DNA of 37,743 nucleotides from Chlamydia trachomatis (GTDB lineage Bacteria; Chlamydiota; Chlamydiia; Chlamydiales; Rhabdochlamydiaceae): NCBI GenBank assembly GCA_945861735.1, contig CAMAVL010000001.1, positions 1 to 37,743 of the forward strand, read 5' to 3'. Shown piece by piece: positions 37,397 to 37,743 of this stretch (position 1 is its first letter; each line of letters starts with the position of its first letter). The notes under the pieces were generated by a model. It saw only the letters and a program-made list of their open reading frames with translations, ran no database searches and was not told where the DNA came from. The position numbers and the translations under genes were made by a program.

Positions 37397-37690
37397 ATGG
37401 GAGCACAAATTGACCTTCCAGAGGGGGATCTTAAACTGTTATCCCAAAGGATTGAGGAGATAATTTTAGGAATAAAGTCACTGTTCTCCTGTACAGAAGC
37501 TATAGAATCCCTGGCTCAATCATATGCTTCTCAGGTCATTCGTCATCTTTCCGAGCCTCAACCTGAATCCCTAGAGCACACAGAACCTGAACCCAACTTC
37601 AACGGCTCTCTCTATGAGAACAGCTTAGAAGTTAGGCTAAAGGGCGGGGGTTGCCGCGCAGAGGATCAAAGGACACTTAAGTGTGGTTAG
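37397..37690 (+). CDS. Hypothetical ORF running through repeat copy C (coding status doubtful)
   Basis: 97-aa ORF with no recognisable motif. Its C-terminal third is encoded by the repeat unit. Confidence 0.25.
   Translation: MGAQIDLPEGDLKLLSQRIEEIILGIKSLFSCTEAIESLAQSYASQVIRHLSEPQPESLEHTEPEPNFNGSLYENSLEVRLKGGGCRAEDQRTLKCG
37590..37639. repeat. 50-bp repeat unit, copy C
   Basis: aacccaacttcaacgGctctctctatgagaacagcttagaagttaggcta is the reverse complement of 137..186 with one mismatch. Confidence 0.85.
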
Positions 37691-37743
37691 AGAATTACAG
37701 GCCCATAAAGTGCGGCCTATTATTAACCCTAGGAATATTCTGT

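Overview
The window is a chromosome segment from a member of the Chlamydiae. The run infA, tRNA-Thr, tuf, tRNA-Trp, secE, nusG, rplK-rplA-rplJ-rplL, rpoB, rpoC (24.0-37.0 kb) is the conserved chlamydial arrangement. The protein sequences look like an environmental chlamydia rather than Chlamydia sensu stricto. The window has three parts. (1) About 0.1-9.1 kb is accessory DNA. A decayed genomic island sits directly downstream of the 3' end of a tRNA with a CAT anticodon. It carries a tyrosine integrase, a catalytically degenerate integrase-like paralogue, a tightly coupled cassette of XRE-HTH, a COG2865-type protein (AlbA_2/Schlafen-like plus HATPase_c_4) and an AAC(6')-like GNAT, a phage-type RecT/YqaJ recombination module with divergent promoters, an IS256-like transposase stub, and a gene split at a perfect palindrome. 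A putative lipase-like protein and a small membrane protein lie to its left. (2) 9.3-23.9 kb holds lineage-specific and housekeeping genes: a BON/DUF1207-like exported protein, a LOG-domain protein with a long N-terminal extension, a MYG1-HIT-HEAT-M24 peptidase operon, an Inc-like membrane protein and SufE. It also holds a convergent, 3'-overlapping pair of large paralogous proteins. Their C-terminal halves show the motif order of fold-type-I PLP enzymes, and this pair is my best candidate for something undescribed. (3) The translation/transcription core cluster is ordinary. A 50-bp hairpin-capable repeat occurs in inverted orientation at the two ends of the window, with a third truncated copy near the 3' end. 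I saw no rRNA genes and no CRISPR array. All functional calls rest on motif recognition by eye; no searches were run.
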